Positions 31,201-38,793 of a DNA stretch of 64,000 nt are shown here, one piece after another. This stretch comes from Giardia intestinalis (taxonomy: Eukaryota). The position numbers and the translations under genes are program-made. The stretch lies in the NCBI GenBank assembly GCA_000002435.2, contig CM018791.1. One strand, 5' to 3'. Under the pieces are notes generated by a model. The model was not told the DNA's origin. It was given only the letters and a program-made list of their open reading frames with translations, and ran no database searches. The number at the start of each line of letters is the position of its first letter. The first letter of the stretch is position 1.

Positions 31201-31400
31201 CTAGCTGCGGCGTTCTGGGAGTCAGACGAGCCCGCGGGTTCGTGGTGGAGCATCCGTCCAGGCAGGTGCTTGCGGGTTGTCTTGGCTGTTGGCGTCGGCT
31301 GCTGATGTTGCGCGTCAGTGGGAAGGCTGCTGCCCTCGAGAGAAGCGGCACTCTCGCACGCAGACCCGGAGAACCCTGCATTACAGATGCAGCCATCTCT
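27300..31400. other. GC-rich compositional island (GC and GC3 far above the flanks)
   Basis: By eye the sequence switches abruptly to G/C-ending codons near 27.3 kb (inside the helicase ORF). It returns to about 48% GC near 31.4 kb (inside the large HCMP ORF). Many spurious long ORFs appear on all frames in this interval, which is the usual symptom of stop-codon depletion in GC-rich DNA. Confidence 0.6.
28246..30156 (-). CDS. Papain-family (C1) cysteine protease, cathepsin-like, enlarged (636 aa)
   Basis: Signal peptide MLLLTLSFLCAASA. ERFNIN-like pro-region fragment (EAERNFCMHLEHLRRL). Catalytic Gln/Cys block VDLREVGLVTRAKDQGLCGSCYEF. His block NHQVMLVGYG. Asn block ILRNSWGTGWGVSGYYYIGRG. 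About 290 aa lie between the catalytic Cys and His versus about 135 in canonical enzymes. Confidence 0.85.
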   Translation of the reverse strand: MLLLTLSFLCAASAERDPFSIHMACEHAFERFVGLYGKAYDTPGDRLEAERNFCMHLEHLRRLRREGHEHVTFGITSRMDRHPRAGLLPPRSLGGGEWGAAADACKWTNKTNKYEGCNVDAYELGPDLKGDTQANSQSANADDKNKKQDSFFLVDVRDMNVKDRQRTLPHSVDLREVGLVTRAKDQGLCGSCYEFTTIEVLENLMLVDADLYTRGKYLDPQPFPSNYFCNCSAPASQDDSQKSTDCATMITVQNRTEKEYTDIPENWKSYSASTLRLSVQFLLDNLIGGNYCNGGNYFRAIADFVNKLSKLAKESECIYREYATPEKAAPDDGTKCQGTNIGDFNPAFVSMPMKKKGSSSNSGAAGSDEYEYDVNGGSGTPKKFGVYQILRNEGVPASGPIVGEMDKGKFAEWERNVMNVLARGVGVAAAMHTESGVDTSIDKDYESVVASALTFNLYKGGVFPDVKCVRATTNHQVMLVGYGAHKGRPVWILRNSWGTGWGVSGYYYIGRGSNSLCHELTVEYTMPRFYGPDRDGVHPLFLSAPDEAQKVAIADAVRASPFSSKVKRCVNGLDTVDAHGGTMCEALEVSAWNYVLVGALAIVIFFLGRYCMQYYFCAPEYIFHSPLNLNLPHKGV

Positions 31401-34334
31401 GTGACAAACTCCGTGACCACTGCATGCTAAGGCACTGCCTTCTGCAAAGCAAGAATCTGGTTGGCAGGTCCTTTCTGGGGTCGCTCCATGATGGACGCAG
31501 ACGCACTGCCACTTCCCAAGGATTTTTGTGCATACTCCCGCGCCATTGCATTCTGCTGTGCTGTTATCATGTCTGATTGTCAAGCAGTGTTCGGGAGTGC
31601 AGTGCCCGTCGTCTGTGGCTACCGACCCGTGGACACAGGTTGAGCAGAGAGCCCCCGTGTAGAGCTCCTTGCATGCGCATTGAAATTTATGTACCACATT
31701 ATCAGATTGAGAAAGGAAATGTATATGTGCCTCTGTACTGTAAATTGGATAGCTGGTTCTATTAGTCAATGCTACACAGTCTCCGTGGCCAGAGCACTCG
31801 GTAAGTTCCCCAAGCTTGTTCTTTGCAACACATAACCTAGGGACACATCTCTCCTCTATCTTCCTGAAGTCCTGTTTGCAGTGGCAGGAGTGCACCTTGT
31901 TGATTTCACGGCACTCGCCGTAGGGACAGTAGACTCCAGAGACGTTGCATGCCTTGGGAACACAGCCGTAAAGCTTCTCCTGGTTCATGGTTGGAAGGAA
32001 GACATACCCAGGATCACAGACACACTTGAACTCGTTCTGAATCTTGGAGCAAGTACCGTGACCTCCACAAATGGCCGGGGAAGGGAGGCTCGAGATGCAG
32101 GCGTTAGGAACACAGGCGCCAGCCACAAAAGTCTCACCAGGCAAGCACACTATAGAGATTGTTTCGCAGTACTCTCCCTTGACATTTGGGTCACACACAC
32201 ATATGCCTTTAGAGTTGCAGTACCCAGCATTAGAGCAAATCTTGGTAGGATCCACCGGGTTTACGCAGCTCTGCATTGTGCACGTGTTACCGACAACTAT
32301 CGAGGCGGGATTACAAAGGCAGACATACTCATAATTGTCTGCACCCTCCTCGACAAGGTGATAAGAGCATTGTCCATGTCCACCACAGACAAGAAGGCTA
32401 GGATTGTGGGAGGACGCAGGCATAAGGCACTCAGGTGGATAACAACGATCATCAATTAACATAGCCTGCGATGAACAATGCTCACAGTGAGTTCCTGTAT
32501 AAGCAGGCTCACAAGCGCAGCCATAGACCATGGTATTCCCAGAGATGCCCTTCTTAATACATTTTCCTGCATTCCTGTTGCAAATGGAATTCCCAAAAGT
32601 TACACAAGAAGCGCTAACACAAATTATACCTTCGTGCTCTTCCACCTGAAGGCCAATGAACCCAGGGTCGCATTGACAAAAGGGCTTGGCACCTGCAGTA
32701 ATACATTTTCCGTTTTCACAAACAGCATTAGTGATAGGATCAATACATGCTGGATGGACACACCCATGTCCGAGCACGAACTGAAAGTCACCTCGGCAGA
32801 GACATTTATAGACAGGAAGGCCAGATGTTTCATTGTAAACCAATGTGTCTACACAGTCCCCCAACCCGTTGCAGATACTACCATCGGTGACACAAGCTTC
32901 GGGTATACAGCTTCCTTGGACATCAAGAGTCCCAAAAGGGCATGATATTAGATTGAGCTCGCACGAAAAACCTCCATACCCAACATCGCAAACACATGTA
33001 CCTCCCTTGCAGTATCCATGGTTGTTACAGATTACATTTGGAGTTGAAGCGTTGAAGCAAAAGGTAGAATAGCAACGATTTTTGTAAGGAATGGCTCCTG
33101 GACTGCAGTGACACTTGTAATCTAGATAGCTGTTGCTCTTTAGGCTGGATGAGGCTTCACACACTCCAAACCCATCACAGACTAAAAGAGAGGAATTGTA
33201 ATTATCCGGTATCTCTCGAAAGCGAACAATTTGTTGCGCTACATTACTCACAGCATATGACAAACAGTTCACGGAAATGCACCTCCCTTGGCTGTCCTCT
33301 TCTGCCTGCACAAATACAAATCCTGAGTTACAGCTACTGCATTTTATACCACCAAAATTATTGTTACATAGACAGGTATCATTTATGCACAGTCCTCTAT
33401 TGTGGCAAATGACCAGTCCTTCGTCTGAAATGGAGCTAACACACGATTGGCTTATGCACGTGCCATCAGAAGCTTGTACATATCCAGGGGAACATACACA
33501 CTCATAATTCTTGGCTGCCTCTAAGAGAACACAGTTTCCATGTGGGCAAACAGCTCCGTCCTTAATGCATTCCATTGGGACACAAAGGTCTGAGCCAACG
33601 GTCTCAAAGCCCTTGTTGCATAGACACTTTGGCTTCTTTCCGTCAACGCAGCGCCCATTTGACCCACACACAAGCCCGCGGGACAGGCACTCATCTGGAA
33701 AGCAGTCAGATCCTATACGAGTATAACCTTCATCACAGAAAACTAGTGGCTTTTCTAAAGTGCACAATGCGCCATTATGGCCTTTGTAACAAACACACTT
33801 CATGTTTAAACAGACGCCATTGCCACCACAGATTTCACCGGTTTGTGAAATGCAGGATTGATGGATGCAGACACTGCCCATGTGTAGGTATCCTGGCTTG
33901 GTGCAATTACAACTGTAATGCCCGTTGTCCAGAAGAATTGGGTGGCCTCCTCCGCCACAAACTTGAGAAAGGCTAATGTCTGTCGGATGCTTTATAGTAC
34001 ATAAGATAGGAACACACACATTATCAAGTAACATAGCTGTTTTAGGGTTGCAGGATTCACAATGCTCGCCAAGATGGAGCAAGTCACAGACACAACCCAT
34101 CCTGCCATTATCTTTATTGACGCAAGCACCACCGTTATTACAAATGCCTACCTCTGTTTTACAAGCTAGATCGTAGCAGAGACCCGGGCCAGGGCTATAG
34201 AAACCATCGTAACAGGTACAACCCAGCCTGATGCCATCCTGCTCTTCACAAACGCCATGGTTGCTACATACAACTCCATCGCTAGTGCATGGATCATTTG
34301 AGAGGAATGCAGATAATAAAGTCAACGCCAGCAT
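30210..34334 (-). CDS. Large cysteine-rich EGF-like type-I membrane protein (HCMP-like), 1374 aa
   Basis: Signal peptide MLALTLLSAFLSNDPC. Dozens of CxxC / CxCxxGYxGxxC EGF-like modules. Single C-terminal TM segment AVAGVTASTAVFFGLLFLSAA followed by an 8-aa tail RCHRTPAR. AT-rich initiator upstream of the ATG at 34334. Confidence 0.85.
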   Translation of the reverse strand: MLALTLLSAFLSNDPCTSDGVVCSNHGVCEEQDGIRLGCTCYDGFYSPGPGLCYDLACKTEVGICNNGGACVNKDNGRMGCVCDLLHLGEHCESCNPKTAMLLDNVCVPILCTIKHPTDISLSQVCGGGGHPILLDNGHYSCNCTKPGYLHMGSVCIHQSCISQTGEICGGNGVCLNMKCVCYKGHNGALCTLEKPLVFCDEGYTRIGSDCFPDECLSRGLVCGSNGRCVDGKKPKCLCNKGFETVGSDLCVPMECIKDGAVCPHGNCVLLEAAKNYECVCSPGYVQASDGTCISQSCVSSISDEGLVICHNRGLCINDTCLCNNNFGGIKCSSCNSGFVFVQAEEDSQGRCISVNCLSYAVSNVAQQIVRFREIPDNYNSSLLVCDGFGVCEASSSLKSNSYLDYKCHCSPGAIPYKNRCYSTFCFNASTPNVICNNHGYCKGGTCVCDVGYGGFSCELNLISCPFGTLDVQGSCIPEACVTDGSICNGLGDCVDTLVYNETSGLPVYKCLCRGDFQFVLGHGCVHPACIDPITNAVCENGKCITAGAKPFCQCDPGFIGLQVEEHEGIICVSASCVTFGNSICNRNAGKCIKKGISGNTMVYGCACEPAYTGTHCEHCSSQAMLIDDRCYPPECLMPASSHNPSLLVCGGHGQCSYHLVEEGADNYEYVCLCNPASIVVGNTCTMQSCVNPVDPTKICSNAGYCNSKGICVCDPNVKGEYCETISIVCLPGETFVAGACVPNACISSLPSPAICGGHGTCSKIQNEFKCVCDPGYVFLPTMNQEKLYGCVPKACNVSGVYCPYGECREINKVHSCHCKQDFRKIEERCVPRLCVAKNKLGELTECSGHGDCVALTNRTSYPIYSTEAHIHFLSQSDNVVHKFQCACKELYTGALCSTCVHGSVATDDGHCTPEHCLTIRHDNSTAECNGAGVCTKILGKWQCVCVHHGATPERTCQPDSCFAEGSALACSGHGVCHRDGCICNAGFSGSACESAASLEGSSLPTDAQHQQPTPTAKTTRKHLPGRMLHHEPAGSSDSQNAAARADQKKETQGQQHTAPEAALRVVNVHPSNGTCPQDYSPLEGLCYPTECVVGERLCGYPHMLDKSIRNNNSTIFADGFVANLTSSLLCRLDHSTARHQCLCVPPFKHIPDHGCAPAGCVSDTGLVCPHGECLYSDGEYLCKCEDDFVMLNSTCVHAQCVKNGAACNWTPKARGGTCVQNATGAWTCQCNPGYVGRHCDLCDKGMTAVDGACAPHNLVKLYANKTRLVCGGSGRIVGDAPAALACQCDEDAVPHGQLCASKKCLNTRLAGSVCTGHGECYKDACVCAEGYHGDMCDCRVRNIGAVAGVTASTAVFFGLLFLSAARCHRTPAR

Positions 34335-34492
34335 GAGTGCTAATACTGATTTGCCAAGTTATCTCGTATTTTATTTTTAAGCAGTGTGGGGTATAGCTAG
34401 ATCGGTATCTTGGCAGAAGCCTTGTTCCATTTACTTGATTGACCTACACGAAGAAGTGGTCAACGCTTAGTCATTGTAAAACGAAAAATAAA

Positions 34493-36139
34493 ATGGCAGA
34501 CACTAAGAAAGCTCGTCAAGAGGACGACTGCATGGACGAGGATGTCAGCCATCCATACTACGCCGCATACAAGAACGAAATACAGGCTGAGCTCGATGAG
34601 ATAGCAACTATGCGGCAGGAGGATGGGAGTGAGTTGCCAAATAAGCGTGTGAAGAAGCTCATCAAGACCATACATGCGAAATACAAGAAGCTCTACACAG
34701 CCACAAAGCAAGAAGAAAGGTCTGCCGATCAGCAGCGTCAGACAGAAGCACACCTTGCTGAGCTTCCCGAGCGCATGGAGCCGTACACGGGTCTGGCAAA
34801 GCGTTTAAGAGTTAGGGACTTTCCTTATTACAAGGCAGTTGACAAGCCTGTTGTTGTGTGTGGTTGGTGCCACCGTGTGCGCGTCTCTTCTCCCAAACTT
34901 GCTTTCGTGGTACTTAGAGACGGGACCGGATACTGTCAACTGGTTCTTAACGAGGCCTGCATGGGTACTCGTAGGACTCAGACACTTCTGCGCACAGAGG
35001 CCGCTGTCAAAGCTGTAGGAATTCTTGTCGCTGATACGCGCGCACAAGGCGGCTACGAAATTCAGTGTCTCTACTTTGACATTATTGGTCCGTCATCTGG
35101 AGAGTTTGAAACGCGGATCACCCCAGAGTCTGGTCCCGATGCTCGTGCCAGAGAGCGCCATCTCATTCACCGAGGCGAACATGGGTCTGCAATTTTGAAA
35201 GCAAGGGGCCGGATTCTAAGGGCCTTCCGCAACCACTTCTACTTCAAAGGCTGGACAGAGGTTACTCCACCAACAATAGTCAACACCGAATGCGAAGGAG
35301 GCTCTAGTCTGTTCAAAGTGGACTTTTATGGAGAAGACGCATACCTTACCCAGTCCTCACAGCTTTATCTGGAGAGCGTCATTTCTGCCCTTGGGGATGT
35401 CTATTGCATCTTGCCTTCATTCAGAGCAGAGAAATCGAACACAAGGAGACACCTTTCCGAATTTACACATCTTGAAACAGAGCACCCGTTCATTACGTTT
35501 TCGGAGCTCTTGGGGATAATTGAGGATTTCGTGATCTCTGTTGTCACTGAGCTGAAAAATGACAAGCAATTCTATCCCCTTGTCCAGTTCCTTAATGGTG
35601 ACAACTTTGACAAGATTGCCTCAAGCTTGAAGAAACCCTTTAAACGTATGAGGCACAGTGAAGGAATAGACTGGCTGAATGATCACGGAATTACCAAGGA
35701 GGACGGTACAGCATTCACTTATGATGACGACATTCCAGAAGCCCAGGAGAGGAAAATGATCGATGCCATAGGAGAACCGGTTTTCCTTACACACTTTCCA
35801 GCACATCTGAAGTCCTTTTACATGGCACGCTGCAGTGATGATCCCTCTTCCCCAGACTACCTTCTCACGGAAAGTGTCGACTTACTCGTTCCCACTGTTG
35901 GCGAAATTGTCGGGGGGAGTATGCGTAAGTGGACGTACGAAGACACATACAAGGCCTGTGTTGATGCAGGGCTCCCCATTAAGCGCTACTACTGGTATCT
36001 TGATTCACGCAAATTCGGTGGCTGTCCTCACGGCGGAATGGGCCTGGGTCTGGAAAGGTTCATTTGCTGGTTACTAGGAATCTATACTGTTAGGGACACA
36101 GTTCTTTACCCTCGTGCGCCGGGTCTCATTGAGCCGTGA
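34493..36139 (+). CDS. Asparaginyl-tRNA synthetase (class IIb), eukaryote-type with N-terminal extension
   Basis: The ORF-track start 34439 is a TTG. The first ATG is at 34493, directly after gtaaaacgaaaaataaa. Class II motif 2 FRAEKSNTRRHLSEFTHLETE (AsnRS-type, compare FRAENSRTRRHLAEYTHVEAE). Motif 3 GGCPHGGMGLGLERFICWLLG. TGTAAAC lies 7 nt after the stop. Confidence 0.88.
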   Translation: MADTKKARQEDDCMDEDVSHPYYAAYKNEIQAELDEIATMRQEDGSELPNKRVKKLIKTIHAKYKKLYTATKQEERSADQQRQTEAHLAELPERMEPYTGLAKRLRVRDFPYYKAVDKPVVVCGWCHRVRVSSPKLAFVVLRDGTGYCQLVLNEACMGTRRTQTLLRTEAAVKAVGILVADTRAQGGYEIQCLYFDIIGPSSGEFETRITPESGPDARARERHLIHRGEHGSAILKARGRILRAFRNHFYFKGWTEVTPPTIVNTECEGGSSLFKVDFYGEDAYLTQSSQLYLESVISALGDVYCILPSFRAEKSNTRRHLSEFTHLETEHPFITFSELLGIIEDFVISVVTELKNDKQFYPLVQFLNGDNFDKIASSLKKPFKRMRHSEGIDWLNDHGITKEDGTAFTYDDDIPEAQERKMIDAIGEPVFLTHFPAHLKSFYMARCSDDPSSPDYLLTESVDLLVPTVGEIVGGSMRKWTYEDTYKACVDAGLPIKRYYWYLDSRKFGGCPHGGMGLGLERFICWLLGIYTVRDTVLYPRAPGLIEP

Positions 36140-36145
36140 AGCTTG

Positions 36146-36152
36146 TGTAAAC
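36146..36152 (+). promoter_or_regulatory. Putative polyadenylation signal (TGTAAAC) downstream of AsnRS
   Basis: Resembles the diplomonad AGTRAAY-type 3' end signal and lies 7 nt after the stop codon. Similar TGTAAAT/TGTAAAC/AGTGAAC motifs follow the stops at 23975, 38676 and 40992. Confidence 0.3.
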
Positions 36153-36209
36153 CAGATTGTTTCTACAGCTGTTAGCTGTTGATTCGCAGCCGTGAATGCC
36201 TGTATTAAA

Positions 36210-37850
36210 ATGCTGTCGCTGTATGCTAAGTTCCTTAATACGACGGAGTACATTCCCCCTTTGTCACAGTTTGCTGCAATCTTTGTATTTGGGAGCCTTA
36301 TTCTCATGGAGGCCTTAAACTTGGTGAAGCTCCGCTTGGTGTCTAGGTCTTCACGTGCGCAGGTTGTGCATAAAGCTGCCAACTTGATAAAAGCAAGTTC
36401 TCACGTGGTGTATGACAACTATCCAGAGATTGAGCTAAGTGCAGCGAAGTTAACAGGCCTTCACCCAGTGCCGTACAAAGCTACTGCAAAAGATGGTGAC
36501 CTGGCAGGCGTAATTCATGACAGCAGTGGCAAGTTCGGGATCACCATGAAAGACTTCCAAGCACTGTACTTTATCTCCTCCTACAGTCGCATTCGGGGAT
36601 GCTTTCACAGAGAGTGTGTGGGCCTTCCTGGGGCCGCCGTTAGTTTGAGGGAAGACGATGGAAGCGTATCTGAGTGCATCAATCTGGGAAGCTACAATTA
36701 TCTCAACTTCAGCCAAACAACCTATAAGATTGAAAGCATCAGAGAAACAATGCAAACATATGGCATCAGCTGGTGTTACAAAGGGGCCCTAGCGACTTCT
36801 GCGCTACAAGTGTGCCTAGAACAACATCTGAGTGAGTTCTTGGGTACGGACGCGTGCATTGTCCATTCAATGGGGTTCGACACCAATGCAATGGCGATCC
36901 CGTGTATCTGTCGAAGCACAAATGAAGGCGGGACAGTACTGATTTGTGACTCATTAAACCACGCTTCACTTGTTTCTGGCGCTAATCTGGCCAAGCGAAC
37001 TGTCGGTGCTACAGTAGAAGTGTTCACACACAATGATTTTGAAGAGCTGCGTGTGCTCTTAGATAAGTACCAGGGGCGGGACGTGGTGGTTATTGTAGAG
37101 GGCCTCTATTCCATGGATGGAGATATCCTCGAACTTCCACGGTTCTTAGAGTTACGAAAATGTTATGCATTTCGACTCTTTGTTGACGAAGCTCATTCAA
37201 TTGGCTGTCTTGGGCCCACCGGAAGAGGGGTCAGTGATTACTATAACATGCACGGCAGTATAGACATCCAAATGGGAACGTTTACTAAGTCGTTTGCAGC
37301 CGTGGGAGGATATATAGCGGGTCCAGTAGGGCTGATAGATAAAATTCGTCGCGAGGTTATACACTACAATGCCTGTGCACTGATTCCACCGTATTGCGCA
37401 ATCCAAATCCAGAATGCCCTAGCTGAGCTATTACAGGATAGAGCGCGACTTCTTCAGTTGAGGAAGAATAGCATTATGTTTCGAAGTGGGTTGAAGGAGA
37501 TTGGATACATTGTTTACGGCACATATGACTCCCCCGTTATCCCCGTTCTACTATACAACCCTGTAAAGTTAAAGCCTGTGGCCGATGAGCTTCGTCGTCG
37601 TGGAATAGCAATTGTAGTTGTGGGATATCCAGCCGTGCCTCTTGTATCGAGTCGCATACGCTTCTGCATTTCATCAGGACACACGGAGGAGCAGCTAAGG
37701 CAGGTCTTATGCCACATGAAGCAGATTGCTCACCTGTACTGCTTAAGACATGGTCATCAGAAAGGGAAAAACCAACTGATAGAGATGTGCAAGGGAATCT
37801 TGAGCCCACCAATACATCCTCTAGCCGAGACTGAAAGGGAGAAGACGTAG
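36210..37850 (+). CDS. Serine palmitoyltransferase, LCB2-type (alpha-oxoamine synthase family, PLP-dependent)
   Basis: The ORF-track start 36192 is a GTG. The first in-frame ATG is at 36210 after tattaaaATG. The PLP-lysine block GTFTKSFAAVGGYIAG matches the LCB2 signature GTFTKSFG(A/S)xGGYI. Overall AONS-fold length. Confidence 0.85.
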   Translation: MLSLYAKFLNTTEYIPPLSQFAAIFVFGSLILMEALNLVKLRLVSRSSRAQVVHKAANLIKASSHVVYDNYPEIELSAAKLTGLHPVPYKATAKDGDLAGVIHDSSGKFGITMKDFQALYFISSYSRIRGCFHRECVGLPGAAVSLREDDGSVSECINLGSYNYLNFSQTTYKIESIRETMQTYGISWCYKGALATSALQVCLEQHLSEFLGTDACIVHSMGFDTNAMAIPCICRSTNEGGTVLICDSLNHASLVSGANLAKRTVGATVEVFTHNDFEELRVLLDKYQGRDVVVIVEGLYSMDGDILELPRFLELRKCYAFRLFVDEAHSIGCLGPTGRGVSDYYNMHGSIDIQMGTFTKSFAAVGGYIAGPVGLIDKIRREVIHYNACALIPPYCAIQIQNALAELLQDRARLLQLRKNSIMFRSGLKEIGYIVYGTYDSPVIPVLLYNPVKLKPVADELRRRGIAIVVVGYPAVPLVSSRIRFCISSGHTEEQLRQVLCHMKQIAHLYCLRHGHQKGKNQLIEMCKGILSPPIHPLAETEREKT

Positions 37851-37887
37851 CTCAAGACACTTCTTTTGCAGCTTAAAATGAAATTAG

Positions 37888-38676
37888 ATGAGCTACACTG
37901 TCCACATTGTTCAAGAATTCAATCCAGAGACGCTTCCCGATCTTCCACACATTGGCAAATCTGCAGTAGTTTGCTTAGGAGGTTCTTTTGACAGGATTCA
38001 TAGAGGCCACCTGCTACTCTTGGCTGTCGCTGTAGCTTGTGTAGAGAAGGGCGGAACAATTCTGGTCGGAATCGTAGACGGCCCTCTACTGACTCGGAAG
38101 CTCTATGGCAACATGGTTAGGGATTACGAGCATAGACGACGGGACGTCCACCAAATTCTTAATGGTTTTATTTCTTTACGCGAGGATCTCTTAGATAAAG
38201 TAGATGACGAAATAGACAAAAGTGACGCGAATATAGAGTGTCCAGAGTACGAGAGTGAGTCTAGCAGGGGTGGTAGCATAACTGCCAGAACTCCTCGGGC
38301 CATGTACACCGCTGGATCTAATACTCCGATAAGGCCTGGAAGCAGCTATCTACCATATGCAACAACATATTGCAGCACAATGAGCCGAACTATCCCTAAG
38401 GGGTTTCAATCCAACGTTAACTTGAAGCTCTTGCGGATCACCGACCCTTATGGGCCATCCATAACGAGTGCACTGGATAACGGAATCCTTGTCGTTTCAA
38501 CAGAAACTATTTTGGGTGGCCACATGGTTAACGTAGAACGTTTACAACGAGGCTTTAAGCCTGTGGCGCTTGCTGTCGTACCTTTGCTCCGAGATAGAGA
38601 TGGAGAGAAGGTTAGTTCCACAAAAATCCGAGAAGAGGAAAGCATGTCTGATTCATTTGCTGACCGCGCAAGCTGA
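37888..38676 (+). CDS. Phosphopantetheine adenylyltransferase (eukaryotic COASY/CAB4-type nucleotidyltransferase), 262 aa
   Basis: VCLGGSFDRIHRGHLLLL matches VLLGGTFDRLHNAHKVLL. ...ITDPYGPSITS... matches LLDPYGPAGSD. ILVVSTETILGGHMVNVERLQRG matches [21 protein letters not shown]. C-terminal KVSSTKIR matches KVSSSSFR. A low-complexity insert of about 70 aa sits in the middle. Confidence 0.75.
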   Translation: MSYTVHIVQEFNPETLPDLPHIGKSAVVCLGGSFDRIHRGHLLLLAVAVACVEKGGTILVGIVDGPLLTRKLYGNMVRDYEHRRRDVHQILNGFISLREDLLDKVDDEIDKSDANIECPEYESESSRGGSITARTPRAMYTAGSNTPIRPGSSYLPYATTYCSTMSRTIPKGFQSNVNLKLLRITDPYGPSITSALDNGILVVSTETILGGHMVNVERLQRGFKPVALAVVPLLRDRDGEKVSSTKIREEESMSDSFADRAS

Positions 38677-38793
38677 AGCGGCTCGAACAAGTCAATAAAG
38701 TTCATATTACGTCACGTGGCCTAGCTCAGTACCTGTAAACACAAATGAATTTGAAATGAATTCAGCTTACTCACATTATCGCAAAAAAAGGTG

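Noticed and set aside
34439-34492. Non-ATG 'M' starts in the supplied ORF track (for example 34439, 36192, 38791, 25595, 25606, 23136, 41323)
   Set aside because: Checking the nucleotides shows these 'M' codons are TTG or GTG. For a eukaryotic nuclear genome I re-anchored each gene to the first in-frame ATG, which in every case sits next to an AT-rich initiator-like sequence.
38711-38745. tRNA-like word GGCCTAGCTCAGT in the spacer before the dynamin gene
   Set aside because: There is no matching acceptor stem, anticodon arm or T-loop (GGTTCGAATCC-like) downstream. It is a chance D-loop-like word, and TGTAAAC beside it is more likely the upstream gene's poly(A) signal.
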